A stretch of 64,000 nucleotides of DNA from Lepidodermella squamata. Its lineage: Eukaryota; Animalia; Gastrotricha. Location of the stretch: assembly GCA_047495785.1 (NCBI GenBank), contig JBLDXI010000032.1, positions 3,782,001-3,846,000 of the forward strand, given 5' to 3'. The translations under genes and the position numbers were made by a program. Numbering within the stretch: position 1 is the stretch's first letter; the number at the start of each line of letters is the position of its first letter. A model generated the notes under the pieces. It saw only the letters and a program-made list of their open reading frames with translations, was not told the origin of the DNA and did not search any database. Of the stretch, positions 1-16,062 are shown piece after piece.

Positions 1-1866
1 ATGATTTCCGACCCAGTTGGCGCAAAGGCGATTCGCTCAATCCTCGGCGCCAACCAGCGGCTTCGATTGTGTTTGCTGCTGACAACGGCTAGCATGATAA
101 TGCTATTCCGGATGCGCGCCATTTGACGGCGACACAGTAACGGCATCAAAACGAGCGGTGCTAGTAGAGGCATTTTTCACAGAAATTAATAGCGAAGTTA
201 TAAGGCGCGCTATGAAGAATGTCCCAGCAGTGACGACTCTTGTGGCAAATCACAGAGCAAGCCCGGCAGTGGGTGGCACTCCGCTCTCCGCTCGGCAAAG
301 TGGTTGCGGACCTTCCTGCGTCTAAAAATACCCGTGAGACGGTGGAGCCTAGCAATAGTGAGCCAACCGACCGCCGCCGGTCGAAAAAATATCTAAAATA
401 CGAAAAAAGGAAAGTTTTGCGATATACGCATATTCATTTTGTGCTGCAGATTTAAAATTCGGGCGATGTTTTTCAATTAGGCGCCGATCAAACCTTTTAT
501 ACCTCTCTGACTTCATACTGTCCTGACCTGAAAACACACCCCTGTTCGAAGCTCAATCTTAACAGACCTACATTCTGCTAGCTGTAATGCCCGAAAAAGC
601 CCGAAACGCTTTACCAACTTGATGTTGTTTTTATTTTAACCTTGTCAGAATGTCTTCTCTTCATCATCATTATTTCAAGGCGCACAAAAAGAGAATAATA
701 CGCACTTTCCACAACTTTTTCTTGGAGAAGCGGTCAAAATATCGAGTAATTATAATTATTATATTACGTATAATTCACGTGTATGCGACATACAAGCGAT
801 GCGTGTCTGGCAGCCAGATATCAACGACGACAAGCTTCGTTCAAAAAAAACTTGGGTACGAACAGACGACATCGCCGTGATATTTTATCATTTTTTCTGC
901 GGTATCGCTCAAATAAAACAATATTATATAAATCATCAATTTTCGATTGTATAAACACTTTTGGCGACGATTAAACACGGCAATGGGTACGTATATTACA
1001 TATATAAGTAGTAAAGCATTCAAATAGCAGTTGCAACAGTGGTAACAGACAGCAATATGATGATTTCACATAAAGCTATGCAGTCAAGTATTTGTCGATG
1101 CAGCCTTTTGTCTCAACATTTACATTTTCTCGGATGGAACTCTTTCTTTGTGTAATACACAGCTAACGATGACTCGACAGCGCACATAATTGAATTAATG
1201 CATCCAATCGATTTCAATCCTGCAACGACGCTGGTATTATTAACTAGCAGATGATAGGAGAAATAATAAAAGGGCGCACCACCGTGTTCAAACGACACGA
1301 AGCAACAGACCAGGCATTGATTTTTTTATGTATATAGGAGATGAACAAAAAATCGACAAAAAATAGAAAATTTTCGATAATATAAGAGCCCAGCATGCAC
1401 GTCAGAGCTGGTGCGAGGTGATGGAAGAGGGTTTCAACACGGCTGGAATCAGGCGACAACGCGTCATGGAAACGAAATAGCAAAGTCAACACGTACGCGC
1501 CAGAGAGAGGGCGGAAAAAGAACTAAAATCAGACCACAGAGTAAGAAAATTATATATTTATAAGTGAAAGTTTTGGAAGAGCAACTATAACATGTTTTAA
1601 TACCGAGTTCGGTTAGGTCTGCCTTTTCATCAATCTGCTTTGACCACAAAAATGTCCTTGGTTCTCAAATATTCACGTCATGCAAATCTTAAATACCACA
1701 AGACAAAATAGTATCAACGCATCCACCGTAATAAACTTTTAGGATGCTTTATTCGTTATTTTTTATACTCAATGTTAAAATTTTTAGCGGGACGATCACA
1801 GATAATACTATGATATATCAATTAATGCAATGAACAGTTTTTTGCACCGCGTGAAAAAGGGTGATA

Positions 1867-5592
<3,726 letters not shown>

Positions 5593-7029
5593 GATATTAA
5601 ACTATCTGAAAAAGAAGTATGATTACAATCAACCGTCTAGAAGCCCGTTAGGCGAAGAGCATATCGCTATAGTAGAATTCTTAGTTAAGGAGTATTGCAT
5701 TCCGGCGATATTTCGCTTCTCCTCGTGGTTTATCAGAGAAAATGGAATTTAATTCAAGGTAGATATGATTGTCCTTCAAGAGAAAAGCATGAAAACTAAG
5801 CTTATTTCTTGAGACGGTGTATTATAAATTAGCCGTATCAGCTAGTGTTAAAGTAGCAGTAGCACACCTGGGATTTATTCAGGAGGTGAACCGAAGATCA
5901 ACATGAGATTAAGTTTGTGCATGCGAGGGATGCAATGAAAGAAATACCAAAAGATCTACAAGATCACAACAAATATCACAACTTAGGTAGGAGATATAGC
6001 AGTAGACAGCAGTAAAACAGATCGAACACAACATTTTTCATTTTTCAACCCGAACTGGTCTAGGCGCTCAGATGGAAGGTCAATGAGGAATAAGGGCGAT
6101 GTTGATTGCAGTTGATTGCTAAGATTGCTTGTTGCTTGCAACTTCCAACTGCCATAAACAAACGGATCGCACATCACTTATCAGATAGCAATATTCATAC
6201 CGCGATTGACACCTTGGTTGCTTTCATAATAAATCAAGAATCAAGCAATCCACCACCCCGATAACAAAGAGGATCGATCAAAACGGATCAGGTAGTAGAG
6301 CGACAAAAACTACTACTGCTCCGAAAATCATCTCGAAACGCAGAATTCTTAATGCAGTTAACTAGTTGAGCATGCCGGCAACTTATCGGGCGTGTAGATG
6401 AACGCGTAGATGAAATCTCAAAGAAGAATGATTAACTATGATTTATGATTAACAATATATAACAAAGAAGCAAAAAGCAAGTCGTTTCGGTGATCGGTGA
6501 TGATGTTGAGGGGAGCTGAAAAGTATGAGTCAGGTGATCCACGGTGATCCAACGGCGCTGAAGTTAGCCAGAACGAAATTAGCCAGAACCATATTTAAAA
6601 AATATATATATTTAGCTGATAATAGCTGATTGAGTTATGAAAGAAAATATATTTTTTTATATTATTTTGCGACCTTGAATAGACTGGGCGGGCGATTTAA
6701 ACGGGCGGGCTAAAAACTTGGGGGTGTCCCCAACGTTCTCAGCGGGTTTCTGGCAGCTTTTACGCCTCTGGATGTACCCAGAACTCTTAGCTATGTTTGT
6801 TCTTCATATCTGATGCTTATTCTAGGTTCCGGCCTTACTTCCGGCGCGATATCACTATGCAGAGTGTGGTTTTTGTCTGATTATCTCGACTTCTTGCGGG
6901 CTGGACCGTATTTATTCGCATTTTATGAGGTATCCAAAGTTCTCACATGCTTAGCTGGTCATCCAGACCCTTTAGCTAAGAGTATTCTTACATAATTTGT
7001 CATATTACATTTTTATTAGGGTCTGGCTC

Positions 7030-7560
7030 GGATATTTGAGACTCCAGGAACTTCATCTTGGGCTAGAATGTGACATTTTAATTGTTGTTAAAATGATTGA
7101 AGGTAACATCGCTCTTCGTGCCGGTGACTATTTTAATTTTTCTACTACCCCTAGAGGTGAATCTGAAAATAGGTTAATAGCCCCTAAAACTGTTACTGCT
7201 GCGAGAAAATCTTTCTTTAGTTGTAGAATAGTTGCAATATGGAATTCCTTGCCTCTTTATCTCAAAAACATCCACGACTTGAACTTATTTAAACTAATGC
7301 TCGATAATCATAACGATATCCTAGTCAAACACATGATCAACTCCGCATAATTCGCCTGTATAATTTGCTCCTTATAAATTAGATTAAAATATCCTCTTCC
7401 TGGGCGCATGTTAGTAGCTAGTCTCTTTGCGTCCCATGCTGTTATAATATAGTCTCCTCTGAAATGTTATGCTTACCGATTTATTACTAGCTTGTTAATA
7501 ATTAATTCAACTGGGTTAACAGCAATAAAACACATTGTATTGTATTGTATTGTATTGTAT
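7030..7560 (+). mobile_element. 5'-truncated CR1/L2-type LINE 3' end with (ATTGT)n tail
   Basis: RT C-terminal signature DILIVVKMIEG...RKSFFSCRIVAIWNSLP...FKLMLD, then AATAAA and (attgt)n at ~7534-7560. Confidence 0.75.
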
Positions 7561-7947
7561 AGAATAGTTACATCGACGAATAGTTCGCGACGATCATGTT
7601 TTCTCGTCAGCCAGACCTGTAACTAGCTATCCAGACCGTTTAGCTGATAATATTGTAGCACAATTTGTTAAATTTGATTGGGTATAGGAGTCTAGTTCGC
7701 GTTTCCCGACTCCAGTGTCTTGAACTTGAACTTGGACGCGGTTAAAAGGGTTTACCCGAAACCCGAACATGTTTTTTGTCAGCCAGACCTGTGGCTGGCG
7801 ATCCAGACTGATTTGACATAGTGTCAAGCATAATTTCAACAATTTGAATGCATTAGGCCTGCCTGGTTCGGGTTTTTCGACTCCATTCGACTCTTTCTGC
7901 TTACTACCAGCGCCTTCAACACGGCTTTTTGATTCTGATGAAAACTA

Positions 7948-8597
7948 CAGTATATTTTCAATATAGTGAACGCTGTTCGTGCCATCAAGTTTGTTCACTA
8001 TAACGAAATTCCACTATAGTGATAGTTGAAAAAGGAAACGTTTATATGGCTTCAAAGCTCCGAATATTACTGCTAAATGCATCGGCGGCGTATATATACT
8101 AGAAAAATCTGACTCTTAAGCGAAAAGTAATCAGTAATAGTCGTTTGAACAGTTCTGATAGTCGCCAACAGCTCGGGGCCCGCTCCTTGAAGCTTCTTCA
8201 AGGGGTGGACCTCGAATTCTGACAACTGCTGCGGCCCATTTGAGCCGTGCGAAATTGCGCTTGAGACCCTTAATCTACGCTCGAGATTCACCAATTTTGG
8301 AAGCTTGCGAACGATTTTCATGTCTTTTTACGGTTCATAAAGTTTTTGAAATCGTTTTTGAAGAATTTATTTTTCAAAATTTAGCCTCGTTCATTATATC
8401 GCTCGCTAAACACGTGTTTTATATGGCGTATGCGCCGCAAAAAGCGTTTACAATGACGATTGTTCACTATATGTGTCGTTCACAATACCGATAGCTATTA
8501 TAAGGTAAATAGGCCACTTTGAGCCGCGTGCCAGCAAAATCGTTCACTGCAGCGATAGTTCACTATAAACGGCTATCACTATAACGATAATATACTG
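7948..8597. mobile_element. Non-autonomous pogo/Tc1-mariner-like element (MITE)
   Basis: TA|CAGTATATTTTCAATATAGTGA ... TCACTATAACGATAATATACTG|TA imperfect TIRs with TA TSD. Internal repeats of TTCACTATA. Confidence 0.8.
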
Positions 8598-10646
8598 TAG
8601 TGTTGCAGGCATCATATGACATATGCGTCTTCGTTAACGTTCTGATTGTTTTACAGCTCAGAGCGTAAATTCGTGTAATGGCTACCATTATCTATAGACT
8701 ATCTAATCACTAAACAGTTATATTTTCCTGCACTATTGTTAACTTTCTTTTCAGTCCTTTTTCAGTCCCTTTTCTGATTCTTACATATAGATAGCCAGAT
8801 TGATTTTTAATACTAATGTCTGAACCCGTTATTCTGGGACGGAACAGGCAAGATCCAAAGCGAGATCAAACCCAAGAGCTCCCCATTATCTACCTGCCAA
8901 CGCCGCCCACACGCTTCCCGACCGAAGGCACGAAGCCGGAGGAGCCAGTAATTGAGGAAGTCAGCTAGACAACTTGCTTTTTGATGATGCATCGTTGTTG
9001 ATGATTAACTGGTGCCATGGAATAAATATTTACCTAATGCAATTGGAGAAGAAGATGTTAAATGTTAAATCAATACCTATCTTTTTGCATTTTATCTCTT
9101 CTAGTTATTACATCCGCGTTCCCCTGGAACATAAAATTCAACTGTAAGAGAATTGTATGAGAATAGCCCTTGATGACGAGAAATCGCACAGTTGCCTATT
9201 TACCTATCAGCTTTCAAGTTTTATGCCATCAATAGGTTTTTTGTGATTTTGTTTGAGCTCAATTGTTACCGTCTGTTATCTAGATATCTCGATTATTGCT
9301 GGGAATAAGACGCCATGGACCTGTTGGAAAGCAGAGGTTTGTAAATTTCCTGAAATTCCTGAAATATTTCGTTTATGTTATCACTGAAACTGATGCACCA
9401 TTCTAGGTTCCTGCTCTGACCTATGAATTTTCAGTGGCACAAGGAACCTTGACGATGAGAAATGATCGTGAGTGCTGTTGATAGAAATTCCGTAACTGGA
9501 GCGGTTCGTGTTCCCATTTTTTTCGCAGATATTCGAATAAATTGTATGTTCTTACAGATTCACATCTCCGCTTCTATACCGCATACCCGACCTCATAGAA
9601 AATCGATTTCAAAACGGCCCTAATGCAGACTTTTATTTTCTTGTTAACTGTTTTCCATTTTAGCGTATTTCAATTGCTGTTATTATTACTGCAAAAGTAT
9701 TGAGGTTTGTAGGTAAGAATTTTTCTCCAAATCGCTTCAAATTTTTGTTTGGCACTGTAACTATTGCACGTTATTGATAACATTTCATGTTTATTTTCGA
9801 TTTATGTTCGTATTCACTTTCGCTATTTCACGATGAATAAAATAAAACGTTAACTTGATTCCGGTTTTGTCTTTTTTGTGTTATTGAGTTCAAATACAGC
9901 TGCACTCGCCATTACGTTCCTGCGAAGGAAGAAATTGCCGAGAATCGGAAGGAGGAAACAAAATGATTCCAGCCCCAAAAAAGACACATTTTGTTGAACA
10001 TTTTTGTTTTCGGCTTTATTCTTAAGGCGGACGCATTACGAGAAAAAATTGCTAGCAGAAGTTGTTTTTTTTTCGAATATTTCCATCTTCATAAAGATGG
10101 CCGTTGTTTCAAAAGATCCAGACGTTCTGATATAGTTATATCCTGATATACGAATCCTATCGGTCCTGCGCAGCCTATTAGTCCGACCAAATCGGATTTT
10201 TCCTTTAGCGTGAGTTCTAACAATCGGTCGAAGGGTATTCAATAAAAGCCAATGTTCCAATAGGATTCCTTCGAACTTGGACCGGGTATAAGAGCCCATG
10301 CAAACCCGCCGTCGCCAGATTTCGTCGACGAAGAAGCACAAAAATGCTACCGTTGCGGCCGTACGTTGAAATGGGACGATACTTGTCCTGGTTGTGAGAT
10401 CAGCGTTTCAATCGACCACCTTCATGCTACGCAACAGGATCTAGATCGTATGCGGCAGTTTTCAGAAGCTCAGAAGCGGAAGCGCGAAAGAAGGGAATGA
10501 AAAGTTAACCTGAAAAATGGTTTTTTGTGTTGAAAAAATGAGTGAGATGAGGCGAATGATATTACCGAGAAAATGTATGATTCTTGATTGATCGAGCTTT
10601 GAGAAAATATGACGAGCCATTTTCGAAAATATTGATTTTCCTTTAG

Positions 10647-13600
10647 ATGCCAGTCGAAATTAAAGATACTGACCCAATTATAATCGATAAAGCTAAACGA
10701 TGGCTTTCCTCGCAAAATTTGGACAAGATCCCGGCTGGCGATGGTCACAGCAGGGCTGAGTCATGCGTGGGCCGCTTGATCGGTCGTGGTTGGGGGAAAG
10801 ATGCGAATACGAAAAGAAATCGTAAGCACATCTACAATCGCCTGAAAGCCAATCATTTGATCGCAATCGAGCGGAAGTCGTCCAGCGATGTGACCGCAGC
10901 TGAATCAATGCCGCCCGAATCAACCGAGCAAGCAAATAACCCAGCCTTGACGACGATCAGCATTGTTGTTGAGGAAGATAGGTGGCAGACTTTCTATCCA
11001 AGCAAAAAGAAGAAAACCGGGAAAAAAACGGCAACCATTCTCGAGTTGGGCGAGACTTACGGCCACGTGCTAAACCGAAGCTGGCAGGAATACATGCGCC
11101 ACACAGCCAAGCTCGAAGTTGAACAAGGGGGTCGAGATGATCGGCTGCTAGAAGAGAAGTTGCGGCAAATATGCGCCATTTCAGTCCCGAATCAAACAAT
11201 TCGCAAAACAATTGATCCGGCAATCGTTATAAATGCGCATTGTTCGGTTTCCAAGATCATCACGGCTGACTTTGAGGAGGAGGAAAAGCTGTGTCACAAG
11301 GAATTTCACTTTGAGCGTATTGGAGAGCCTAACCACCCACCTGAAGATCCGATCCGTCGTCCGCTGAAAGGAGCTATCAGACTAGAAGCCAAACAATTGT
11401 TGGAAACGGAACAGTCTGATAAGGTAATAATTAGCTATTGATAATGATTTGATTCATAGCTTACTCATGAAATTCGAGCAGGTGAAAAATCTGGCCGAGC
11501 GATTTGGCGAAAGTCACGCGTTGTCCACTTATCAGAAAGCACATAGCGAAATGAGCCTGAAAGATCGACTACATCCTGACAAGACCATTGACATGCTGTT
11601 GCGTCGGAAAGAGGAACAAAGCGAGGGAAAACCGTACATTCGAGATATTGGCGACGGCGACCGGTTCCATTTGGTCCTATTCACGGACGAGATGCTCGAG
11701 GCCTACGGCGAAATAGCCACTAGACCCTTTCCTCGGCCTATCCTGCAGTTTGACGGAACCGGATCGCTTTGGAAATATGATCCTGATTACAACAAATCGC
11801 TTTATTATACGTTGACGTGGTCTGAGAGCGTTAATGTTCGTGCTAACGGGAAACAAACAAACCTGCCAACGTTGCTCCATTTCCTGCAAAACGGTTGTAG
11901 CAACGAACAACTGAAGCTAATCACCCTGATTTATCTGTGTTGTTCGCATGTCATGGCAGCAATGGCACGATTTTTGGCGCGAAAATCTCCCAAATCTGCC
12001 AAACACGTCAAAAAGATTGCTCTAACCGCTTTCGGCGCTCTCCAAAACTCCACCACCTTGGACGAGGCTATCGAAATTTATGGACTGATTTATCTCGTAT
12101 TTGGCTTGAATTTTATCGTCCCCGGCGCCCTCGACAGCCTGAAACAGAAAATTGCTGAATTCGATAAACCTGACACGGTCGATTACGACAAACTGGTTTC
12201 CGATGAGTTTATTGCTCAATCGCTCTGAAGAAGACGGGGAGTTGCCGGACACGCAGGAAACTTTCATCTCCACTGAGGCTGGTCCGCTGAAGAAAATTTC
12301 GCCGTTTGCTATCCTGTGTAGCCAAAAAATTGATGAATTGCGTGAACAACATGGTCTATCGAATCCCAATCAACAATCGCTCCAGTCGCAGGAGGCTAAC
12401 CCGCTTTACTTACCTGTAGCATTCGAGCATATCCGCGACGTTTTTGCCCCCTTGTTGCCCTACGTTTGCGCGGGAATTCGGTACCCATCTAAAACCGGGG
12501 CTGCGTCGCCTGGTCGGACATTTCGACAACCGGACGGAGCGACACGTTACGCGAATGCCGCGCAGGAAAGCATGTTTAATCAGCGCAAGAATTCAGCTTT
12601 CAATCACCGTCTGCATTTTTGTCTCAGCAAAGTGTATGAGATCTTGCGCGAAAATGCCAGGCTCACCATGCTGGTGTTCTTCAAAGTTTTAACTGACCCC
12701 ACGGCCTTTCAAACCAAGCACCGCAACGTAATCAGGTCGGAAATCGAAGTCGGAAACGAGCAGCCGACAAAAAACGATACGACCAAGCCAGCCGCGCCGA
12801 AACCGTCTCGAATCGAAGATTTAACGGTGGAGGAGACCGAAAAGCTGACTGCTCAGTGGCAGAAGTCAAAGCCGAAGACCAAATCCCGTTATTACGAACG
12901 CGTCTATGAGAAAATGGTGGAGCTAATTCGAGAAGTGGAAAAGAAAAAGGGTGATAAGGACGAGAAAATCGAAAAACCAACAGCTGACCATGCTTATTCG
13001 AAAAAGCTGAAAGCGATTCCAGGCCTACCTGACGGATTGTTCGAAATCGCCAACTTACTTTCCAAGAAAAAATTCGAACTTCGAATTGTTGGTGCTGATG
13101 GGTACTTTAGCTGATAATTTCATCGTTTTACATTTTTCATTTTATTTTCCATTTTCAGAAGTTGCATGTATCGTGCTTATGCTGATCAGGACAATGGAGA
13201 CGAAGCCTCCTTCATGCAATATCGCGAGCTGTGTGCCAATTTCCAAGCGAAATACCCCGAGATGTTCTTAAATGCAGACCTATTCGATGTCGACGAGGTC
13301 GAGAATTTCATCCAATTCGACGAACATGTTGAGCGTATTCGCACAAGCCGTGGTTATTTCGCAGACCATAATGAAGTGAAGGCCTTGTCGTTGTCCAACA
13401 GGACCAACCTGGTCTATGCCCCCGATCTCACCGCTGTTGTTGTGAGTGCATCGAGATTTTACGCCTGACTTGACTAATAATGTTTCTTGAATATAGTTTC
13501 GCATCGCAAATGCTGAGGTCGCGGAGTACCGTCACTTGGTAATCGACATCACCGGCCAGCATTACTACAGCGTTCGGCGGCGCGGTGATGATTCAAACCA

Positions 13601-13724
13601 GCCGGCTACTATCGGCCCTCTCATCGAACTGGCGGGGGTAGAGTACAGATACATTGATGTCGAGTTGCCGCTTACAGGCGCCAGAAGACACGCCTATTCA
13701 ACCTGGTCGCATGAAGCAACGTGA
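10647..13724 (+). mobile_element. NOF/FB-type MULE-like DDE transposase gene with C-terminal OTU cysteine protease (degenerate; introns 11424-11481, 13102-13158, 13442-13496; frameshift ~12200-12230)
   Basis: Motifs ILQFDGTGS (D1), YLCCSHVM (CxxH) and ANAAQESMFNQRK (E). Splicing reconstitutes IVGADG|SCMYRAYADQ ... AVV|FRIA...DITGQHYYSV, the OTU D-x-x-C...H catalytic signature. Confidence 0.72.
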
Positions 13725-13841
13725 GCAATCCGATATCGCCACGCCACAACCTATAAAACCAGTGAAAGCCTACAAAAAGGGAGGTTAATCCCAGTGCCAC
13801 CTCATTAATTTGCATGATTTTTTACGCCAATTCTTACTGTG

Positions 13842-14545
13842 TGTGACGGTGACGATACGAAAAGACTGTCTTGGTTATCTCTCGCTTTATTTCCAAAGAA
13901 CTCGCCACGCAGGGTTCTGCGGGTAACAGAATTTATAATGTGACGTTCACAATAAAGAATCAATCGGCTTACGCTTTGATGACGAGCTATAGCAGATGAA
14001 AAGGGCGAACAGCCAAATGAAGCAACAAGGAAATCTACAATTGAATAAATAATTATGATTGACCGGATTACACGAATTGCACGGTCTCTTACTTCTCAGG
14101 CAGGAACAACAGCGAACGCACGATTGAAGACGGGCGGACTGTCAAAGTCGTAAACGCCTATACATAAATGTACACAAGTTATTCAACAGGGGGGTAAGGC
14201 CAAGAGAAAATAACTACAAAGGTAAGGACGAGGCAACTGCAGGTTTAGCGGGGTAGATAAATAGGATAGTAGACAGGCAGAAGTGTGGGAGTAGATAAAC
14301 AGCAATCAATCTAGTTACACGGGTAGACCGGAGGTAGGCAGGTAAGTACAGGTAAGGCAAGGTGAGGGAAGGTAAGATACAAAGTAGAAGACGGACAAAG
14401 AAGGAGATTTGAATCTCCCTCCTTTCAATATAAAATTATAATTTGGATTTTAGTTCATAATTATTTGTAATATAAATGTACAATTTGATTTTGAATAATA
14501 TTTATTATTTTGTACCAAGGTGTTGCCGCAGGTAACAAAGTCACA
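13842..14545 (-). repeat. LTR-like 3' terminal segment (single copy)
   Basis: TGTGAC...GTCACA ends. On the minus strand it is preceded by a short purine run (GGGAG, PPT-like) and has AATAAA ~45 nt from its end. No second copy seen. Confidence 0.5.
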
Positions 14546-15057
14546 CTCCCATTGTCGAAAAAATTTACACGGGGAAGCAAACAAAAAAGGGTAACGGGTG
14601 AAAGTAGCAAAGGCTAATGAAAACAATGTTACGTTTGAATATAGGCGGCCGAACGTAGATGCGTCCATCTAAGAAGGGCCGTAGTACGGTCAAGTGAAAC
14701 AATATACAGAGTCGACTCAATTGTTGAAGGATAAATGGCAGCATGCTGTGGGGCGATACAAGCCAGGTGAAATAGGTGCGCGCACGATAGACGATAAATG
14801 CGTAAAAGCCGGTCGAAGGAGGAACCAATACATAGTGTAGGCGCGGAAACAATCATAGTAACATTCATCATGACGGGGTGAAGGTAGTGGTGCCACGCGG
14901 GAGTTTTTATGTTTCATGTTCAAGTTATTTTATTAGAGACCGATGAGGAGCAGCCGGCAGGAAACAACCAATGTAATTATGGAGATATATCGAGACAAAC
15001 AGAATGGAGGAGGAAGAATGATCCACGCATTATATTCTTTCATAAAAATATATTATT

Positions 15058-15678
15058 TCACACGAAACCGTAACGAGGCGGCTTGTGAAGCCGCGCGCGA
15101 GGTCGGAGGCGCGGTCGAACGGGTGCCGCGTCGCAGCTGGAGTAGGCGTCGTCGCCGTCATCGGCCGGCGCGCCATCGTTGTCGGGGCGCATGCGTGCTG
15201 GCGCTGCTATCGCGCGGGCAGGGGCGTCGGACGACGTAGACGAGTCGGGCGAGCGGGCGCGTGGCGAAACAGGCGCCGGAAAGCGCACCAATCGCCGGCC
15301 GTTGATGGTTTCGACTCGCGAGCGGTCGGCAGGGTCGGCGATGCCGTAGATGTTCTTCGCCGCGTCATACCAAACGACGGCGTAAGGCCCGTCAGCGCGG
15401 GTCGAGCTTAGCGCGGAATTGGTCGATGCGCTCCACGCCGACGTAGTCACCCGGCGCGAACGTGAGGTGGTTGGCGCGGGCGTCGTTGATGCGGCGGCGG
15501 CGCTCTTGAGCGGTGTCGAGGCCTAAGCGCACGACACGGTGGAGTTCGTGCAGCCGCTTTGATCGGACTTCGGTTTGCATCGCCACATTGCAGATGAGGC
15601 AACGGCGGCAGTAGTCGCGGACAGCCGAAAATTGGCCGACGAAGTAGAAGTAGTCGCGACACCGGTGTAGTGTTGTAA
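15058..15678 (-). pseudogene. Gypsy integrase remnant: part of H2C2 zinc finger joined to C-terminal GPY/F module, catalytic core absent
   Basis: One frame reads ITTLHRCRDYFYFVGQFSAVRDYCRRCLICNVAMQ...RLHELHRVVRLGLDTAQERRRRINDAR...FAPGDYVGVE...KLDPR, then frameshifts to DGPYAVV...KNIYGI. Confidence 0.7.
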
Positions 15679-16062
15679 TAGGCCTCCCCGCACTTAAGTT
15701 CCCCCGGGGATAAGTTGCTACGGGGGAACTGTTATAAAGCCACGCGAAGTAACCTATCCCCCTCGTATCCCCCTATTGTTCGCATGCGCGCGCGCGTGTT
15801 ACTTCTTGCTATTCTGATACTATTGTTTCGCGATTACGAACGTGTCAAAAAACACAATTATCACATCCATATCTTTCTTATTGTTATTAAAAATCGCTAA
15901 AAACATCGTATTTTTAAATGAACCGATTCGAAAAATCATATCAATTATCAACAGGCAATTTAGACAAAAGTTAGCAGTTCTTTACAATTATTTGAAGGAC
16001 AATGACAATTTTCTCAAGAGCAATCATCGAATCGGAGATTAATTTTTTTCAAAGACATGTAG

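Noticed and set aside
1-146. Minus-strand open frame (MPLLCRRQMARIRNS...) running off the window edge
   Set aside because: Could be the start of a neighbouring gene, but it has no recognisable motif and is truncated.
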